Source of the DNA: Longimicrobiales bacterium
GTDB lineage: Bacteria; Gemmatimonadota; Gemmatimonadetes; Longimicrobiales; Gaopeijiaceae
NCBI GenBank assembly: GCA_965248195.1
Contig: CBDFIQ010000002.1
Coordinates: 128,001-192,000 of the forward strand
DNA length: 64,000 nucleotides
Direction: 5' to 3'
Positions within the stretch are counted from its first letter, which is position 1; the number at the start of each line of letters is the position of its first letter. Made by a program: the position numbers and the translations under genes. The notes beneath the pieces were generated by a model. That model made no database searches and was not told the origin of the DNA. It saw only the letters and a program-made list of their open reading frames with translations. Below, piece by piece: positions 19,450-29,663 of the stretch.

Positions 19450-21741
19450 ATGACCACGCTTCTCACCCAGGAGATCCAGATTACCGGCATGACCTGCGCC
19501 GCGTGCGTCCGGCGTGTGGAGAATGCGGTGGCCAGCGTTCCCGGCGTCGCTCAGGTAGAGGTCAGCCTCGCCACCGAAGCCGCCCGGGTGCAGTACGCGC
19601 CTGGAGCCCTGGAGACGGATGCGATTCGGGAGGCGGTGGTAGCGGCCGGCTACGACGTGGACTCGGCCGCCGAGACCGAGGCGCTCGAAGAGACCCTCCA
19701 GCGTCGCGACGAAGAACGGGAAGCGGAGGCGAGGGGGCTTCTCCAGCGCTTCCAGATCGGGGCTCTGCTGGGCGTGCCCGTCGTGATCATAGGGCATGCC
19801 CAGTTCATTCCCGGCCTCCAGGGCCTGAGTCCCGGTGTGATGCGGGGTTTGTGGACCCTCAGCGGCTTTTTGACCATCCCGATCATGGTGTTTGTCGGTG
19901 GTCGCTTCTTTACGGGGGGATGGTCGGCCTTCCGGCGGCACGACGCAAACATGGATACGCTGGTCGCTCTCGGAACGGGGGCGGCGTGGCTCTACTCGAC
20001 GGTCGCCGTTGCGTTTCCCGGGCTCTTTCCCGAGGGGATGGCCCACCCATTCTACGAGGCGACGGCGGTCGTCATCACGCTTGTGGTGCTCGGCCAGGCG
20101 CTGGAGGCCCGCGCGAAGGGTCGGACCTCCCAAGCCGTTCGGCGCCTCATGGACCTCCGCCCTCTGATCGCCAGGGTCATCCGCGACGGTGCCGAGCTGG
20201 AGATTCCGGCTGCCGAGGTGAGGGTAGGTGAGATGGTGGTGGTACGCCCCGGAGAAAAAATTCCTGTTGACGGGCGCGTTCACGAGGGCCGGAGCGCCGT
20301 GGACGAGTCGATGGTCACCGGCGAGAGCATCCCCGTCGAGAAGGCCCCGGGCGACGAGGTTGTCGGCGGCACGATCAACGCGTCGGGGATAATCCACTTC
20401 GCGGCCGAGCGGGTCGGAAGCGAGATGGTCCTCTCACGCATCGTCCAGATGGTGCGAGACGCTCAGGGCGCCAAGCCGCCCATCCAGAGGATCGTAGACG
20501 TGGTGGCCAGCTACTTCGTTCCCTCCGTCATGATCGTGTCGGTGGTGTCCTTCGCCGTCTGGTACACCTTCGGTCCTGCTCCTGCGCTGAGCTACGCGGT
20601 GATTGTGGCGGTCGCCGTCCTTGTGATCGCCTGCCCGTGCGCACTGGGGTTGGCGACGCCGATCTCGATCATGGTTGCCGTGGGGAAGGCCGCCGAGCAC
20701 GGGATCCTCATCCGTAACGGAGAGGCGTTACAGCGGGCCCGGAACGTGGACACCATAGTGCTCGACAAGACCGGTACGGTGACGCAGGGCGCGGCGACCC
20801 TCACCGATGTGGTTCCCCAGGAGGGCGTGATTGAAGCGGACCTTCTCAGGCTGGCCGCGGCGGTCGAGGCGGGTTCGGAGCACCCGCTCGGGAGGGCCGT
20901 GGTCGATGGCGCCTCCGCCCGCGGGATCCAGTCCGAGCGGGCGACGGATTTCACGGCCGTCCCGGGGCGGGGCGTGCGGGCCACCGTGGGTGAGAAGGCC
21001 GTGCTCGTGGGCACCGCGTTCTTCCTGGCGGAAGCCGGCGTAGACACGGAGAGTTTGGAGCGGCAAGCGGCCGAGCTCGCGGCGGATGGGCGCACGCCGA
21101 TCCTGGCCGCTGCGGACGGGAGGCCCTTGGGGGTACTCGGAATTTTCGATCCTGTGAAGGCGGATTCGGTGGAGGCCATTCGCCGGCTCCAGACCATGGG
21201 TAAGCATGTTGTGATCTTGACGGGGGACCACGAAGCGACCGCCCGGGCGGTGGCGCACGAGGTCGGGGTCGCCACGGTTTTGGCCCGCGTGCTGCCGGAG
21301 CAGAAGGCCCAGCGGATCGCCGAGATTCAGAAGCGGGGTGGCCGGGTGGCCATGGTGGGTGACGGGATCAACGACGCGCCAGCGCTCGCCCAGGCGGATG
21401 TCGGGATCGCCATCGGGACCGGGACCGATGTGGCGATGGAGGCCGCCGACGTGACGCTCATGGGCGGATCCCTGGGGGGCGTAGTCGATCTCGTGGAGAT
21501 CTCCGAAGCTACCTTCGCCAACATCCGGCAAAACCTTGTCGGCGCCTTCATCTATAACGTGCTCGGGATTCCGGTGGCCGCGGGGGTGTTCTACCCCTTC
21601 TTCGGCATCCTGTTGTCGCCCCTCATCGCGGGGGCCGCCATGGCATTCAGTTCGGTGACGGTAGTGTCCAATGCGAATCGTCTGAGGAGCTTCACGCCCC
21701 GGCGGTTGGCGGAGTCGGGGTCCGGGTCCGGGTCCGGGTGA
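19450..21741 (+). CDS. copA: Cu(I)-translocating P1B-type ATPase
   Basis: GMTCAAC HMA, TGES, CPC, DKTGT, SEHPL, GDGIND, YN and MAFSS TM motifs. Confidence 0.95.
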   Translation: MTTLLTQEIQITGMTCAACVRRVENAVASVPGVAQVEVSLATEAARVQYAPGALETDAIREAVVAAGYDVDSAAETEALEETLQRRDEEREAEARGLLQRFQIGALLGVPVVIIGHAQFIPGLQGLSPGVMRGLWTLSGFLTIPIMVFVGGRFFTGGWSAFRRHDANMDTLVALGTGAAWLYSTVAVAFPGLFPEGMAHPFYEATAVVITLVVLGQALEARAKGRTSQAVRRLMDLRPLIARVIRDGAELEIPAAEVRVGEMVVVRPGEKIPVDGRVHEGRSAVDESMVTGESIPVEKAPGDEVVGGTINASGIIHFAAERVGSEMVLSRIVQMVRDAQGAKPPIQRIVDVVASYFVPSVMIVSVVSFAVWYTFGPAPALSYAVIVAVAVLVIACPCALGLATPISIMVAVGKAAEHGILIRNGEALQRARNVDTIVLDKTGTVTQGAATLTDVVPQEGVIEADLLRLAAAVEAGSEHPLGRAVVDGASARGIQSERATDFTAVPGRGVRATVGEKAVLVGTAFFLAEAGVDTESLERQAAELAADGRTPILAAADGRPLGVLGIFDPVKADSVEAIRRLQTMGKHVVILTGDHEATARAVAHEVGVATVLARVLPEQKAQRIAEIQKRGGRVAMVGDGINDAPALAQADVGIAIGTGTDVAMEAADVTLMGGSLGGVVDLVEISEATFANIRQNLVGAFIYNVLGIPVAAGVFYPFFGILLSPLIAGAAMAFSSVTVVSNANRLRSFTPRRLAESGSGSGSG

Positions 21742-21830
21742 TGCCCATCGACGTGCTTCTTGTGAACGTAGGCGCCGTCCTGGCGATCGTATGGATCGTT
21801 TGGTACTTCTGGATGTCGGGAGAGGCCTGA
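21741..21830 (+). CDS. 29-aa single-pass membrane protein
   Basis: [34 protein letters not shown] overlap with the copA stop. Confidence 0.65.
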   Translation: MPIDVLLVNVGAVLAIVWIVWYFWMSGEA

Positions 21831-21836
21831 CCCGAC

Positions 21837-22955
21837 TCAACTCCGGGAAGGGCTCGGACTTCCGTAGAGCACCGCTTCCCAGCCGTCCAGCATCTTTTGG
21901 TACGAAAATCGCTCCCGATAGCGCTCCTCCGCAGCGCGCCCCATTTCCTCCAGGAGCTCTCGGTCGTATAGGACGGAGTTCAGAGCCGAGGCGATCTCCG
22001 GTGGTGCGAAGCCCGTGACCAGTCCGGGTGCGCTGCCGTTGGTTTCGGGCTCCAAAGCCTCACGCGCTCCCGAGACATCGGTGGAGATCACCGGAACACC
22101 TCTCGACATCGCCTCGAGCATCGCACCGGACATCCCTTCTCGGTCAGAAGCGATGACTAGGGCGTCCACCGCGTCCATCAAGGTGGCGATGTTCGGCTGG
22201 TAGCCAAGAAAATGAACTCGGTGGCGGACTCCGAGCTGGCGGGCGTGCTGCCCGAGGGCCCCGCGCAGGGGACCATCTCCTGCGATGGCCAGATGAGCGT
22301 CTTCGTGGAGGAACACCATGGATTCCAGCAACTGGCCCAGGCGCTTTTGGGAGACGAGCCGGCTGACGCTCCCTAGGAGGGGCACGTCCGTCGGCAGGCT
22401 GAGCGCCCGCCTCGCGGCCCCGCCTGTCAAGCGTGGGCCCAGAGGCGGAATACCCTTGTGGATCGTGGTCAGCCGAGGACCTAGCTCGGGGATGGCCTCG
22501 ATATACGATTCCCGCATCGCCTCCGCCACGAAGACCACGTGATCCACCCAGTGTCTCAGCACGAACTGATACTTGAAATTCCTCGGGGTATCGCTCGAGA
22601 GTCCGATTCGCGCCACGAGGTTGGGAACCCTGGCCATCCTCGCTCCCAATGCCGCCGGCCAGAGCTTACGGAAGGTCCCGACGACGAAGGCGTCCGGCCG
22701 CTCTCGCCGGAGAACCAGCCCTAGATGAAGAGCGTCGTGGATCGCGAGGTCGCCTCCCAACCTCAACAGGCGCGTATCGACCCCCCTCGCTTGCGCCGCC
22801 TCCGCGACCAACCCTCGGTTGCAGAAAAGCGAAACTCGATGGCCGCGGCTCGCCAGGCCGAGCAGGAGATCGGCCAGCGCGATCTCGCCACCACCCCACT
22901 CGGACGCACCATTGTGGGCGATGATCCGCAGGGGGGCTCTCTGCTGGCGAGACAT
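21837..22955 (-). CDS. GT4 family glycosyltransferase
   Basis: GGGE, VSRLVSQKR, GDGPLR, EGMSGAMLEAM, STDVSG. Confidence 0.9.
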   Translation of the reverse strand: MSRQQRAPLRIIAHNGASEWGGGEIALADLLLGLASRGHRVSLFCNRGLVAEAAQARGVDTRLLRLGGDLAIHDALHLGLVLRRERPDAFVVGTFRKLWPAALGARMARVPNLVARIGLSSDTPRNFKYQFVLRHWVDHVVFVAEAMRESYIEAIPELGPRLTTIHKGIPPLGPRLTGGAARRALSLPTDVPLLGSVSRLVSQKRLGQLLESMVFLHEDAHLAIAGDGPLRGALGQHARQLGVRHRVHFLGYQPNIATLMDAVDALVIASDREGMSGAMLEAMSRGVPVISTDVSGAREALEPETNGSAPGLVTGFAPPEIASALNSVLYDRELLEEMGRAAEERYRERFSYQKMLDGWEAVLYGSPSPSRS

Positions 22956-23061
22956 GGGGAAATCCTCTGCGCGTTTCGGTTGGTTGATCGGGTTCCGGCC
23001 GGCGGGTATCCTACCACACATTCGCTCGTTCACACATGCCCGAGCCCTGTAACCTCTCGTA

Positions 23062-25695
23062 ATGCCACAGGCCGACGATACTCCACTGATGCGTCAGTGG
23101 CGAGAGATCAAATCCCGGCACCGGGACTCTCTCGTCTTTTTTCGGGTCGGAGATTTCTACGAGCTTTTCTTTGGGGACGCCGAGGAGGGATCCCGGCTCC
23201 TGGGGTTGACGCTCACGTCTCGAAACAACGGAGCGGCAGCTCGTGTGCCCCTCGCTGGCGTCCCGGCAAAGGCTTTGGACGAGTACCTGGGACGGCTGGT
23301 TGCGCTGGGGCAGAGGGTCGCCATCTGCGACCAAGTGGAAGATCCGGCCGAAGCCGAGGGGATCGTTCGGCGCGAAGTCACCGAGACGGTGACTCCCGGC
23401 ACCGTTCTTCATGACGCGCTCCTGACCGCCGAGCGAAACAATTTCTTGGTCGCTCTGACAGAGCCGACGGAAGAGCGCCTTGGGCTCGCCACGCTCGACC
23501 TGTCCACCGGTGAATTGTCCGTCCAAGACGTGCTCGTTTCCGAGTTGAGAGCCGAGCTGGGCCGGCTCGATCCGACGGAACTGTTGTTGCCCCGCGTATT
23601 CGAGGAAGCTGGGAATAGCCTGGAGTCGTGGGGAGGAGCGCTCTCCGGCCGCCTCCGCACGTACCGCGACGACTGGGTCTTCGACTACACGTCTGCCGCG
23701 GACGAGATGAAACGCCGCTACGGCATCCAGAGCCTCGAAGCGTTCGGCTTCCGACGGGAGGACCGGCTGCTCGTTCAGGCCACAGGAGCGCTTCTGGCCT
23801 ACGTCGCGGAGATCCGGCCTGGGGGAGTAGGACACCTGCGCCGACCGCAGATCGTTCGTCGAGGGAGCGCGATGCTCCTCGATGAGATGACGCGCCGGAA
23901 CCTGGAGTTGGTCGAGCCCCTCCGAACAGGCGAGGAGGGCGGCACGCTCGTGTGGGTGCTCGATGAAACCGTGACCGCCATGGGTGCGCGGGCGCTCCGG
24001 CGTTGGATCTTGAACCCCTTGGTGGATGCGGAGGAGATCTGGCGAAGGCAGGAGGCCATCGCGGAGCTCTTCGACGCTCCCGACGTGCGCGCCCGACTGC
24101 GGGACGCTCTCGGCCACATTACCGACCTGGAACGCCTGGCCGGAAAGGTGGGCGCGGGGCGCGTCTCACCGAGGGAGCTTCTCGGCCTCGGCCGGTCGCT
24201 TGGCGAGCTCCCGGAGATCCAGGAGGTGGTCGCGGGCGCGGAGAGCGTGTTTCTGCGGAGTCTGGTCACCGAAATGGATCTACTGCAGGATGTGCGGGAC
24301 TTAGTCGAAATGGCCATCTCACCGGATGCTCCCGCCACGCTCCAGGACGGAGGGATCATCCGCGAGGGATACTCCGCCGATCTGGACGAGCTTCGCGCGA
24401 CCCGGGACGGCGCGCACGACTTCATCGCCGGGCTCCAGAGCCGGGAACGCGAGCGTACCGAGATATCATCACTCAAGGTCGGCTTCAACAAAGTGTTCGG
24501 GTACTACTTGGAGGTCACCAAGGCGAACCTCGACAAGGTGCCCGACGATTATGTCCGTAAGCAGACACTGGCCAACGCGGAGCGGTATTTCACTCCCGAG
24601 CTGAAGGAGTGGGAGGAAAGGGTCTTCGACGCCGAGGACCGCATGGAGAAACTGGAAGCCGGACTCTTCAGCGAGGTTCGTGCCCGGGTGGCGGCGGAGG
24701 TGAGCCGCATCCAAGAGGCCGGAAGCCGTGCCGCCCGGCTCGACGTGTTGAGCACCTTGGCGCACGTTGCGGAAAGGCGCGGCTACGTAAGACCCGAGGT
24801 CCACACTGGGTTTGAGGTGGACATTCTTGCGGGTCGGCACCCGGTGGTCGAAATGATGATGCCCACCGAATCGTTCATCCCGAACGACGTGGCTCTGGAC
24901 GCGGCCCGTCGCATCGTGGTGCTTACCGGTCCCAACATGGCGGGGAAATCGACCTTGCTCCGCCAGGTAGGGCTCATCCACCTGATGGCGCAGGTCGGAT
25001 CCTTCGTTCCCGCGGACCGGGCACGCCTTCCGGTCTGTGATCGGATCTTCACCCGGGTGGGCGCCTCCGACAACCTGGCTCGCGGCCAGTCGACCTTCAT
25101 GGTGGAGATGAATGAGACTGCCTCCATCATCCATGGCGCCACGGAGCGGAGCCTCGTCCTTCTCGACGAGATCGGTCGGGGCACTTCCACATACGATGGG
25201 GTGTCCATCGCCTGGGCGGTCACTGAGCACCTGCACGAAGAAATTGGTGCGAAGACGATCTTTGCCACCCACTATCACGAGTTGACCCAACTCGGCGACC
25301 TGCTGCCCGGCGTCGTGAACATGAATGTGTCGGTACGGGAGGTCGGAGAGGAGATCGTCTTCCTGCGCAGGCTCGAGGAGGGCGGAGCCGACCGGTCCTA
25401 CGGAATCCAGGTGGCGCGGTTGGCCGGACTCCCTGGCGAAGTGATCGCTCGAGCGAGGGAACTTCTTACCGAGTTGGAGGGAACACACACCGGGGGGGGA
25501 GAGGGTTTGGGCCGGTTCGGAGCACATCGTCCGGCGTCGGAGCCCTCGCTCGATCAACTCTCATTCTTTGCGGCCGGTGACCCGCCCTTGCTAAGGCAAC
25601 TCCGGGCGATCGATCCGGAAACGATGACGCCCAAGGAGGCCCTGGACTTGTTGTTCGATCTCCATAAGAAGTCCCTTTCGGGGGAGGACGGTTGA
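23062..25695 (+). CDS. mutS: DNA mismatch repair protein MutS
   Basis: TPLMRQW, GDFYELF, TGPNMAGKST, DEIGRGTST, ATHYHEL. Confidence 0.98.
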   Translation: MPQADDTPLMRQWREIKSRHRDSLVFFRVGDFYELFFGDAEEGSRLLGLTLTSRNNGAAARVPLAGVPAKALDEYLGRLVALGQRVAICDQVEDPAEAEGIVRREVTETVTPGTVLHDALLTAERNNFLVALTEPTEERLGLATLDLSTGELSVQDVLVSELRAELGRLDPTELLLPRVFEEAGNSLESWGGALSGRLRTYRDDWVFDYTSAADEMKRRYGIQSLEAFGFRREDRLLVQATGALLAYVAEIRPGGVGHLRRPQIVRRGSAMLLDEMTRRNLELVEPLRTGEEGGTLVWVLDETVTAMGARALRRWILNPLVDAEEIWRRQEAIAELFDAPDVRARLRDALGHITDLERLAGKVGAGRVSPRELLGLGRSLGELPEIQEVVAGAESVFLRSLVTEMDLLQDVRDLVEMAISPDAPATLQDGGIIREGYSADLDELRATRDGAHDFIAGLQSRERERTEISSLKVGFNKVFGYYLEVTKANLDKVPDDYVRKQTLANAERYFTPELKEWEERVFDAEDRMEKLEAGLFSEVRARVAAEVSRIQEAGSRAARLDVLSTLAHVAERRGYVRPEVHTGFEVDILAGRHPVVEMMMPTESFIPNDVALDAARRIVVLTGPNMAGKSTLLRQVGLIHLMAQVGSFVPADRARLPVCDRIFTRVGASDNLARGQSTFMVEMNETASIIHGATERSLVLLDEIGRGTSTYDGVSIAWAVTEHLHEEIGAKTIFATHYHELTQLGDLLPGVVNMNVSVREVGEEIVFLRRLEEGGADRSYGIQVARLAGLPGEVIARARELLTELEGTHTGGGEGLGRFGAHRPASEPSLDQLSFFAAGDPPLLRQLRAIDPETMTPKEALDLLFDLHKKSLSGEDG

Positions 25696-26066
25696 GGCCG
25701 CGTAGGAGCCGAAGGCCATCGGGTTCCCTGGCCCTGTGCGCGTTGCTCGCGGGCAGCATTTCCGCGTGTTCTGCTGATCAAGAGATCGAGAGCCCGTCGC
25801 CGTTGAGCGCTTCGGTGCCGATCGATTACCCGTTGGATCTGTGGGATCAGGGGATCGAGGGGAGCTCCGTTTTGAAGGTGCGTGTGACGGACCTGGGCGA
25901 CGTGGACAGCGTGGTTGTAATGGAGTCCAGCGGATATCCCGCCTTCGACTCCTCGGCGGTCCGGGGAGCGAGAACGCTGAGATTCAGCCCGGCGCGCCAG
26001 GGGGACAAGCGCATCGAAGTCTGGGCCCACGTGCCCGTGCATTTTTCGAAGAGGCCGCGTCCTTGA
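25692..26066 (+). CDS. TonB C-terminal domain lipoprotein
   Basis: ISAC lipobox; YP..GIEG, ESSGYPAFDSSAV, FSPA. Confidence 0.8.
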   Translation: MRPRRSRRPSGSLALCALLAGSISACSADQEIESPSPLSASVPIDYPLDLWDQGIEGSSVLKVRVTDLGDVDSVVVMESSGYPAFDSSAVRGARTLRFSPARQGDKRIEVWAHVPVHFSKRPRP

Positions 26067-26081
26067 TCCTCCGTGCGGGTC

Positions 26082-27470
26082 ATGAGTGAAAATCACCCCC
26101 GCCCATACAACGACGTCACGGAGGTGGTGGGTGCGACCCCTCTGATCCGGCTGAACAGCGTCGCTCGGGACGTCCCCGGGACCATCTATGTGAAATGCGA
26201 GTTCATGAATCCGTCTGGATCCTTGAAGGATCGCATCGGCCTGGCCATGGTGGAGGAAGCCGAGCGCGAAGGGGCGCTCAAGCCCGGAGGGGTGATCGTC
26301 GAGGCGACCAGCGGCAATACGGGGATGGCGCTGGCGATGGTCGCTGCCATACGCGGCTACCGGTGCATCTTCACGATGCCCGACAAGATGAGCCAGGAGA
26401 AGGTGAAGCTCCTGCGCGCTTTCGGGGCGGAGGTGGTCATCGTACCCACCGCGGTGCCCCCGAACCATCCTGAGCACTACTGCGTAAAGGCCGAGACCAT
26501 CGCACGAGAGACACCTGGGGCGATACTCGCCAACCAGTTCAACAACCTGGCAAACCCGCAGGCGCACTACGAGACGACCGGGCCCGAGATCTGGGCACAA
26601 ACGGAAGGAAGAGTCACTCACTTTCTCGCGGGTTCCGGTACCGGGGGTACGATTACCGGCGTGGGTAGATACCTCAAAGAGCGGAACCCGGACGTCCAGA
26701 TCGTGGGTGTGGACCCCGAGGGATCGATTCTTAAGGCCTTCTTCGATACGGAGGAGTTGACCGTGGGCGAGCCCTACAAGGTGGAGGGGATCGGCAGCGA
26801 CAAGATTCCGGGCGCTCTGGACATGAGCGTCGTGGACCGCTGGATCACCGTGACCGATGCCGAGTCGTTCGCGATGACACGCCGCGTCGCGCGGGAGGAG
26901 GGCCTATTCGCTGGGGGCTCGAGTGGACTCGTGGTGCACGCTGCCCTGGAGGTCGCGAAGGACGCCGGCGAGGACGCCGTGGTAGTCACACTACTTTCTG
27001 ACTGGGGTGAGCACTACCTCACCAAGGTCTATGACGACGATTGGATGCGGGAGAACGGGTTCTTGAAGCGGGCGCACCACAGCGTGCATCACCTGGTGGC
27101 CGCAAAGGACCGTGAGCTTCCCGAGCTGGTCACGGTTCAGCCCACCACACCGGTGCGAGTCGCCCTCTCGACGCTCACGTCGTACAACGTGTCGCAGTTA
27201 CCTGTAATCTTAGACGGTGAATGCGTCGGCTCGCTGAACGACGGCGAACTGATGTCCTCTGTGATCGAGGATCCTGAGCTCCTTGACCGGCCGGTCGAGT
27301 CGATCATGGATGCGCCCTTCCCTGTCGTGGATGGCCATATGGACGCCGAGGGGGCCGCACAACTCCTGACTCGGAAGAACTCGGCCGTCCTCGTCCGGGA
27401 CGAGGGTGGGATCGGCGGGATTCTCACCCGGTACGACCTGATCCGTGACCTGACGGGCGCGACCGGCTGA
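26082..27470 (+). CDS. cbs: Cystathionine beta-synthase with CBS domains
   Basis: NPSGSLKDR, ATSGNTG, MPDKMSQEK, GSGTGGT, C-terminal CBS pair. Confidence 0.9.
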   Translation: MSENHPRPYNDVTEVVGATPLIRLNSVARDVPGTIYVKCEFMNPSGSLKDRIGLAMVEEAEREGALKPGGVIVEATSGNTGMALAMVAAIRGYRCIFTMPDKMSQEKVKLLRAFGAEVVIVPTAVPPNHPEHYCVKAETIARETPGAILANQFNNLANPQAHYETTGPEIWAQTEGRVTHFLAGSGTGGTITGVGRYLKERNPDVQIVGVDPEGSILKAFFDTEELTVGEPYKVEGIGSDKIPGALDMSVVDRWITVTDAESFAMTRRVAREEGLFAGGSSGLVVHAALEVAKDAGEDAVVVTLLSDWGEHYLTKVYDDDWMRENGFLKRAHHSVHHLVAAKDRELPELVTVQPTTPVRVALSTLTSYNVSQLPVILDGECVGSLNDGELMSSVIEDPELLDRPVESIMDAPFPVVDGHMDAEGAAQLLTRKNSAVLVRDEGGIGGILTRYDLIRDLTGATG

Positions 27471-27519
27471 TGAGAGTGGTGGGGTACGTCGCGTCCGTGA
27501 GTGGACGGCTGCCCCCCCG

Positions 27520-28578
27520 ATGAGAGTCGTCGTCCTGCTCGGGGGCGAGTCGGAGGAGCGTGATGTTTCGCTCGCCTCCGGGTGCCAGGTGGCCGATGCT
27601 CTGCGGCAGGCAGGCCACGAGGTGGTTGCGTTCGACCCCGTGGGTGGGGCATTTACCCGTGCGGAAGAGGCCAAGACCCTGGCCGAGGGCGTGGGGACCC
27701 TGCCGCCGGGCGAGGTTTCTGATGGGGGGTCCGTCTCGGGGGCCGCGTCAGCCCCTTCCGGTGCCCCTACTGGCACGGCGTTTTCGAATCACGAGGAGAT
27801 CGTTTCGGCCGACGTCGTCTTTCCAGCGCTCCACGGGGGCATGGGCGAGGATGGTACTCTCCAGGCACTGCTCGACCTCGGCGGAGTCACCTACGCGGGA
27901 AGCGGAGTGCTCGCAAGCGCCCTCGCCATGGACAAGGACGTTACAAAGCGCATTCTCCGGGACGCCGGAGTTCCCACGCCGGACTGGCTCGTGAACCCCA
28001 CCGCCCAGGAGGCGGTCGAGGGGCTCGGCCTGCCCATCATCGCCAAACCGGTCGCGGGCGGCTCGTCGGTTCGGCTGTATTTGCTCGACGATGCCGCCGA
28101 AGTGGAGGAGAGGATCAGGGCGGAAGCCGTCCGCGCTTCCGAGAGCGGCGAGGCCTCGGACATGATGTACGAAGCCTTTGTCGCCGGGCGTGAGTTCACC
28201 GTGGGCATCCTGGGGGAGGAGGCCCTGCCAGTGGGCGAGATCGTTTCCGAGCACCGGCTGTTCGACTACGAGTGTAAGTACCAGATGGGCATGGCCGACG
28301 AGATTTTTCCGGCTGAGATCTCGGACGCCTTGGTCCGCACGCTTCAGGAGCGAGCCCTCGAGGTGCACCGGCTACTCCGGCTCAGGGACTTTTCTCGGGT
28401 CGACTTCATGGTCGATGGGGACGGCGAGGCCTGGTGCCTGGAGGCCAACACCCTGCCAGGGATGACCGCGACCAGCCTCCTTCCCCAGGCCGCGCGCGCG
28501 GCGGGCATGACCTTCCCGGAGTTGTGCGATCGGATCGTGCGCATGGCGGCGAAACGGGCCCGAAAAGCTTCGCCCTGA
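27520..28578 (+). CDS. ddl: D-alanine--D-alanine ligase
   Basis: GGESEERDVSL, LHGGMGEDG, DYECKY, EANTLPGMT. Confidence 0.95.
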   Translation: MRVVVLLGGESEERDVSLASGCQVADALRQAGHEVVAFDPVGGAFTRAEEAKTLAEGVGTLPPGEVSDGGSVSGAASAPSGAPTGTAFSNHEEIVSADVVFPALHGGMGEDGTLQALLDLGGVTYAGSGVLASALAMDKDVTKRILRDAGVPTPDWLVNPTAQEAVEGLGLPIIAKPVAGGSSVRLYLLDDAAEVEERIRAEAVRASESGEASDMMYEAFVAGREFTVGILGEEALPVGEIVSEHRLFDYECKYQMGMADEIFPAEISDALVRTLQERALEVHRLLRLRDFSRVDFMVDGDGEAWCLEANTLPGMTATSLLPQAARAAGMTFPELCDRIVRMAAKRARKASP

Positions 28579-28690
28579 GGAAATTCTGCACGCCCGCCGG
28601 AACCTGTTCGTGAGAACGGGGGTTTGAATTCGAGGCCGAAGTTCGCTTTTTTCGCTGTACTGGCTGTACTGTTAGGGTGGAGAAGGGACT

Positions 28691-29530
28691 TTGAGAAGCA
28701 CCGCAAATTACGGCTCGGGTGGGATGAACCTCAACTATCAATTGACCCCTTGGGTCAAGCGGCTGCTGATAGCGAATACGGTTGTATTTGCGCTCACCTG
28801 GGTCATCGGCCCGGGATTCGTCTTCGAGTGGTTTTCCTTCCAGCCCGTCAGGGTTTTGTTCCGTCCGTGGACCCTGCTCACCTACATGTTCCTCCACGGT
28901 GATTTTTGGCACGTTTTCATGAACATGCTGGTGCTCTTCTTCTTCGGCCCGCATCTCGAATCGAAGTGGGGGTCGAGGGAATTCATCCGGTACTATCTGG
29001 TGTGCGGCCTCGGAGGGGTAGCACTCAGCTTTCTCTTCGTGTCGTATTCGATCATAGGTGCGTCGGCAGCGGTCTACGGCGTCATGCTGGCGTTCGCCAT
29101 GGCGTGGCCCGACGCTCCCATTTATATCTGGGGCATCTTCCCGGTGAAGGCGAAGTGGCTGGTGGGCTTTTTCGTTCTCATCACCTTCACCAACGCCTTC
29201 GGCGGTGCGGGCGGGGGCGTCGCCCACTTCGCCCATCTCGGTGGCTTCGCTGCGGGCTTCCTTTATCTGAAGACCGACTGGCGTGCCTCGCAGGCGATAC
29301 AAAATATGGGGAAAGCCGCTCGCGCCAGGCGGTTCGCGATCGTTCCTCGGGAGGAGCGGGAGGCGGAAACGAGCGACAGCCGCCGCCGGAGCGACAACGC
29401 CGGCGAGAAAAAGACTTTGGACGCCGTCGACCGAGTCCTGGACAAAATCTCGGCGGAGGGGATGGGGTCCCTCACTGAGCAAGAAAGGAAGCTCCTCGAC
29501 GAGGTATCGAAGAAGCACCGCACGAACTGA
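28691..29530 (+). CDS. Rhomboid family intramembrane serine protease
   Basis: FLHG..HVFMNM, GASA, AHFAHLGG; VDRVLDKIS C-terminal domain. Confidence 0.92.
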   Translation: MRSTANYGSGGMNLNYQLTPWVKRLLIANTVVFALTWVIGPGFVFEWFSFQPVRVLFRPWTLLTYMFLHGDFWHVFMNMLVLFFFGPHLESKWGSREFIRYYLVCGLGGVALSFLFVSYSIIGASAAVYGVMLAFAMAWPDAPIYIWGIFPVKAKWLVGFFVLITFTNAFGGAGGGVAHFAHLGGFAAGFLYLKTDWRASQAIQNMGKAARARRFAIVPREEREAETSDSRRRSDNAGEKKTLDAVDRVLDKISAEGMGSLTEQERKLLDEVSKKHRTN

Positions 29531-29663
29531 ACATCGTCGTAGGACCCCCCGTTGGCTCCCTCTTGTGACGCCGTCCTCATCTGGACGAGATGGGCCCTTC
29601 CGCCTACAATCACCGTCCCCTGGGAAAAAAAACGATACGGTGCGAATCGGGTAGGAGGCATAC

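Noticed and set aside
28599..28624. GGAAC-N18-GTT ECF-like promoter before the rhomboid gene
   Set aside because: Short motif likely to occur by chance, and spacing differs from the other ECF candidate
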